Shown: one piece after another, positions 61,748 through 64,000 of the stretch | Layout: each line of letters opens with the position of its first letter | Position numbering within the stretch: the first letter of the stretch is position 1 | Notes under the pieces: generated by a model | The model's database searches: none | Told to the model about the DNA's origin: nothing | The model's input: the letters and a program-made list of their open reading frames with translations, nothing else | Made by a program: the position numbers and the translations under genes | From: Psammoneis japonica | Lineage: Eukaryota | Direction of reading: 5' to 3' | DNA: 64,000 nucleotides | Assembly: GCA_008632985.1 (NCBI GenBank) | Contig: QPGO01000067.1 | Span: 1 to 64,000 of the forward strand

Positions 61748-61990
61748 TCAGTCTTGCTTCTCACGTCGACGTGTAGTTCCGCAGAAATTGGGGAGGAGAA
61801 TGAGCATAATCAACAGCACACCACCTACAACAAGCCAAGAATATGGTATGTGATGATCGTCGTGGAGGTAGTCGGTGTTTTGATCTTGATCGGGAGTCAT
61901 CGACGCTTCGAGACGCCATGGGGTTTGCTGTCTATCTGGGGGAGTGGATCTTGCAGATTGAAGACACGTAGAAACCAACGTACATGTCAT
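61748..61990 (-). CDS. Possible small single-TM protein
   Basis: WLVVGGVLLIMLILLP followed by a basic tail; ends 27 nt upstream of NPRL3, so it may be UTR or a uORF. Confidence 0.3.
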   Translation of the reverse strand: MTCTLVSTCLQSARSTPPDRQQTPWRLEASMTPDQDQNTDYLHDDHHIPYSWLVVGGVLLIMLILLPNFCGTTRRREKQD

Positions 61991-62181
61991 ACGAGGATGT
62001 GTATATATAGAACCTCATAACTTGTAATCTTATTATATACATCATGCTCCAGTCGCGCGCGACAAAACGAAAATTCCAAAAAAAAAAGATTCGACATCGC
62101 CCGCAAGCAGTCTACAGCAGCAATACCGGTAGGCCACAGCACCTTACTACTTTTTATCTCCATTTGCAGTGAACATCCACC

Positions 62182-64000
62182 ATGGCATCACCATCGACGG
62201 ATGGTGCAGAATCAGCCTCGTGCATGTCATCATGCCTGCCTTGTTTCTCTCGACCAAAAAAGAAGTACAGAGAAATATCTACGCCACCGGCACACAAGCC
62301 CCCATTCCGAAGAGTCTCCGTCTACGAAAGCGCTGTGGAAGCCAATGAGCTCACAGAGAACGAGTTGGCTGCTCTCAAAGAATTAGAGGATGCCGTCGAT
62401 GGATCAAATGATAGAGATTCCATGTATTTTTTCGATGCAGAGGAAAGCATTGACGGCGTAAGCGCACAACCGGTAGCATCCGTGTCGTACCCACCAGCTG
62501 CCTGTCCGGACCCGCATCCGCGTGCTTCGGTCGTCATGGACAATCCCTCTACTCTCATGGTGAGTACCAACAAGGCAAAGCCACAACGGGAAATAACAAA
62601 ACGCCGATCCTCTATTGCAAGGCTTCTGAGAGCTCCCGCTGGTGCTACTGCTCCTACCTCGGTCGAGTTGCAAGGGTATCCGGGAGAACTAAACGAGAAA
62701 GAAGTAGAGGCGGCATTGAAATTTCGGGCCGTGCTCAAGCAAAAGATTACCGAAGGAAACGATAACTCGTACAAAGACATGGTTCATGCTTTCAAAAAGG
62801 CAGAAGAGGTAAGGCATGGAATTTTTGGTTCATCGTTGTCTTCGTCTGCCTCACCCGTTTGTTTGAATCCCCTTTAGGAGCCGTATGCCTTGTGCCGATT
62901 CTTACGCTCCAGGAGCTTCAATGTGGAGGAAGTTATGAAAATGATGGATGAAGGGATAGAAACATGGAAAGACGGCGAGAGCCATGACTTTTATCCAGGT
63001 GAGTGGTGCACTGAGCCTCGGTGGAATCGTTGAAAATAGCATTCACACCGCGCATCAACTACCTTTTGTTCTTTCTTTTGCCAACTACTACAGATGTTGA
63101 AGAAGCTGTCGGAGCGCCAATGCCCGTCTTTCTGACACAATATCCCTTTCTTTATCACGGCAGTGCGAAGAACGGTTGTCCTGTATGTTACTTCAAGATT
63201 GGGAAGGTCTCTGTCGAGGGCATTGAGGCCATGACTGAGATTGACAATATTGCGGTAAATTTATGGGGCTTGCAGTCGACACATCATCATTGTTTCGCCA
63301 TGTCTCGCTTATTTATTTCTTTTTCTTTTCCACTCTGTAGAATATGTGTTGGAATATCATGATATTTCAGTTTCCCCAGCAGGTGATGAAGGCGCAAAAA
63401 CTCAATCCAGACCGAGTAGTCAGGTGAGAACCGGTTCCTCGTCTTTGATGAACTCGTATGCTTGATTCTGTTCAGACAATCTAAATCATTGGCTCTGTAA
63501 ATAGGTGTGAAGGAGTTACGGTATTCGATCTGGAAGGGCTGAGCTCGAGTAATATGAACTCGCGCACTTTGGATGTTTTGAAGAAGGTCATCGCCATCAA
63601 TGTTTGTTTTCCCGAGGTAAGACCAACTTTTGTTTTTGAGTGATTCATATTTCTTCATTTTTAAGCTTATGCTTTTCTCTTCTCAGGTGTTGAATGCCTT
63701 GGTTATCTTGAACGCACCTGGTTTCTTCTCTTGGGCATATAAGATTGTCAGGAAACTGCTCGATGAGCGAACAGCCAGCAAGATTAGTGTGTTTTCCAAC
63801 AAGGCCAAGGGCGACAAGTGGATGAAGGACCATATCGATACGAGTGAAACGCTCTCAGACTATGGAGGGACAGCATACTCGTTTGCCGAGGCTGCAAAGC
63901 GGCAAGGGAGTGGATCGGAATATCGTCGAGATCTTGCCGAGCTTTTGTCAGTTGCAAAGCGTGGGAAGAAGAAGTACACGTTTGAACTCAAGGGAGACGA
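62182..64000 (+). CDS. SEC14/CRAL-TRIO lipid-binding protein, multi-exon, runs off the window
   Basis: GYPGEL; EE|EPYALCRFLRSRSFNV (intron 62809-62877); YPFLYHG.AKNGCPV; DLKGL; FPE|VLN..ILNAP.FF; LLDERTASKI; further GT..AG introns. Confidence 0.88.

Overview
Eukaryotic genomic DNA, most likely a diatom (spliceosomal GT-AG introns, a bipartite 'AKAF-VP' plastid presequence, CoDi-like Copia and an RNase H-bearing LINE). Two gene-bearing regions of normal composition (~5.2-11.8 kb and ~53.8-64 kb) alternate with repeat domains (1-~5.0 kb and ~11.8-53.8 kb). The large domain holds a Ty3/Gypsy element nested in the LTR of a second Gypsy, a Copia element interrupted by a full-length LINE, older decayed repeats, and a dead duplicate of the 6.8-10.6 kb LRR-gene segment that carries two further insertions. 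The main observation is directional hypermutation of TpA to TpG or CpA (A:T to G:C) confined to the repeat domains. It is visible between the paired LTRs of single elements and between the live and dead gene copies. It outruns CpG decay, tends to spare TpA next to A/T tracts, fades at domain borders, and destroys Tyr codons, TAA/TAG stops and splice donors. This looks like a RIP-analogous genome-defence or heterochromatin mutator with the opposite chemistry. I know of no described pathway for it, and a raw-read check against artefact is needed. All counts are manual.
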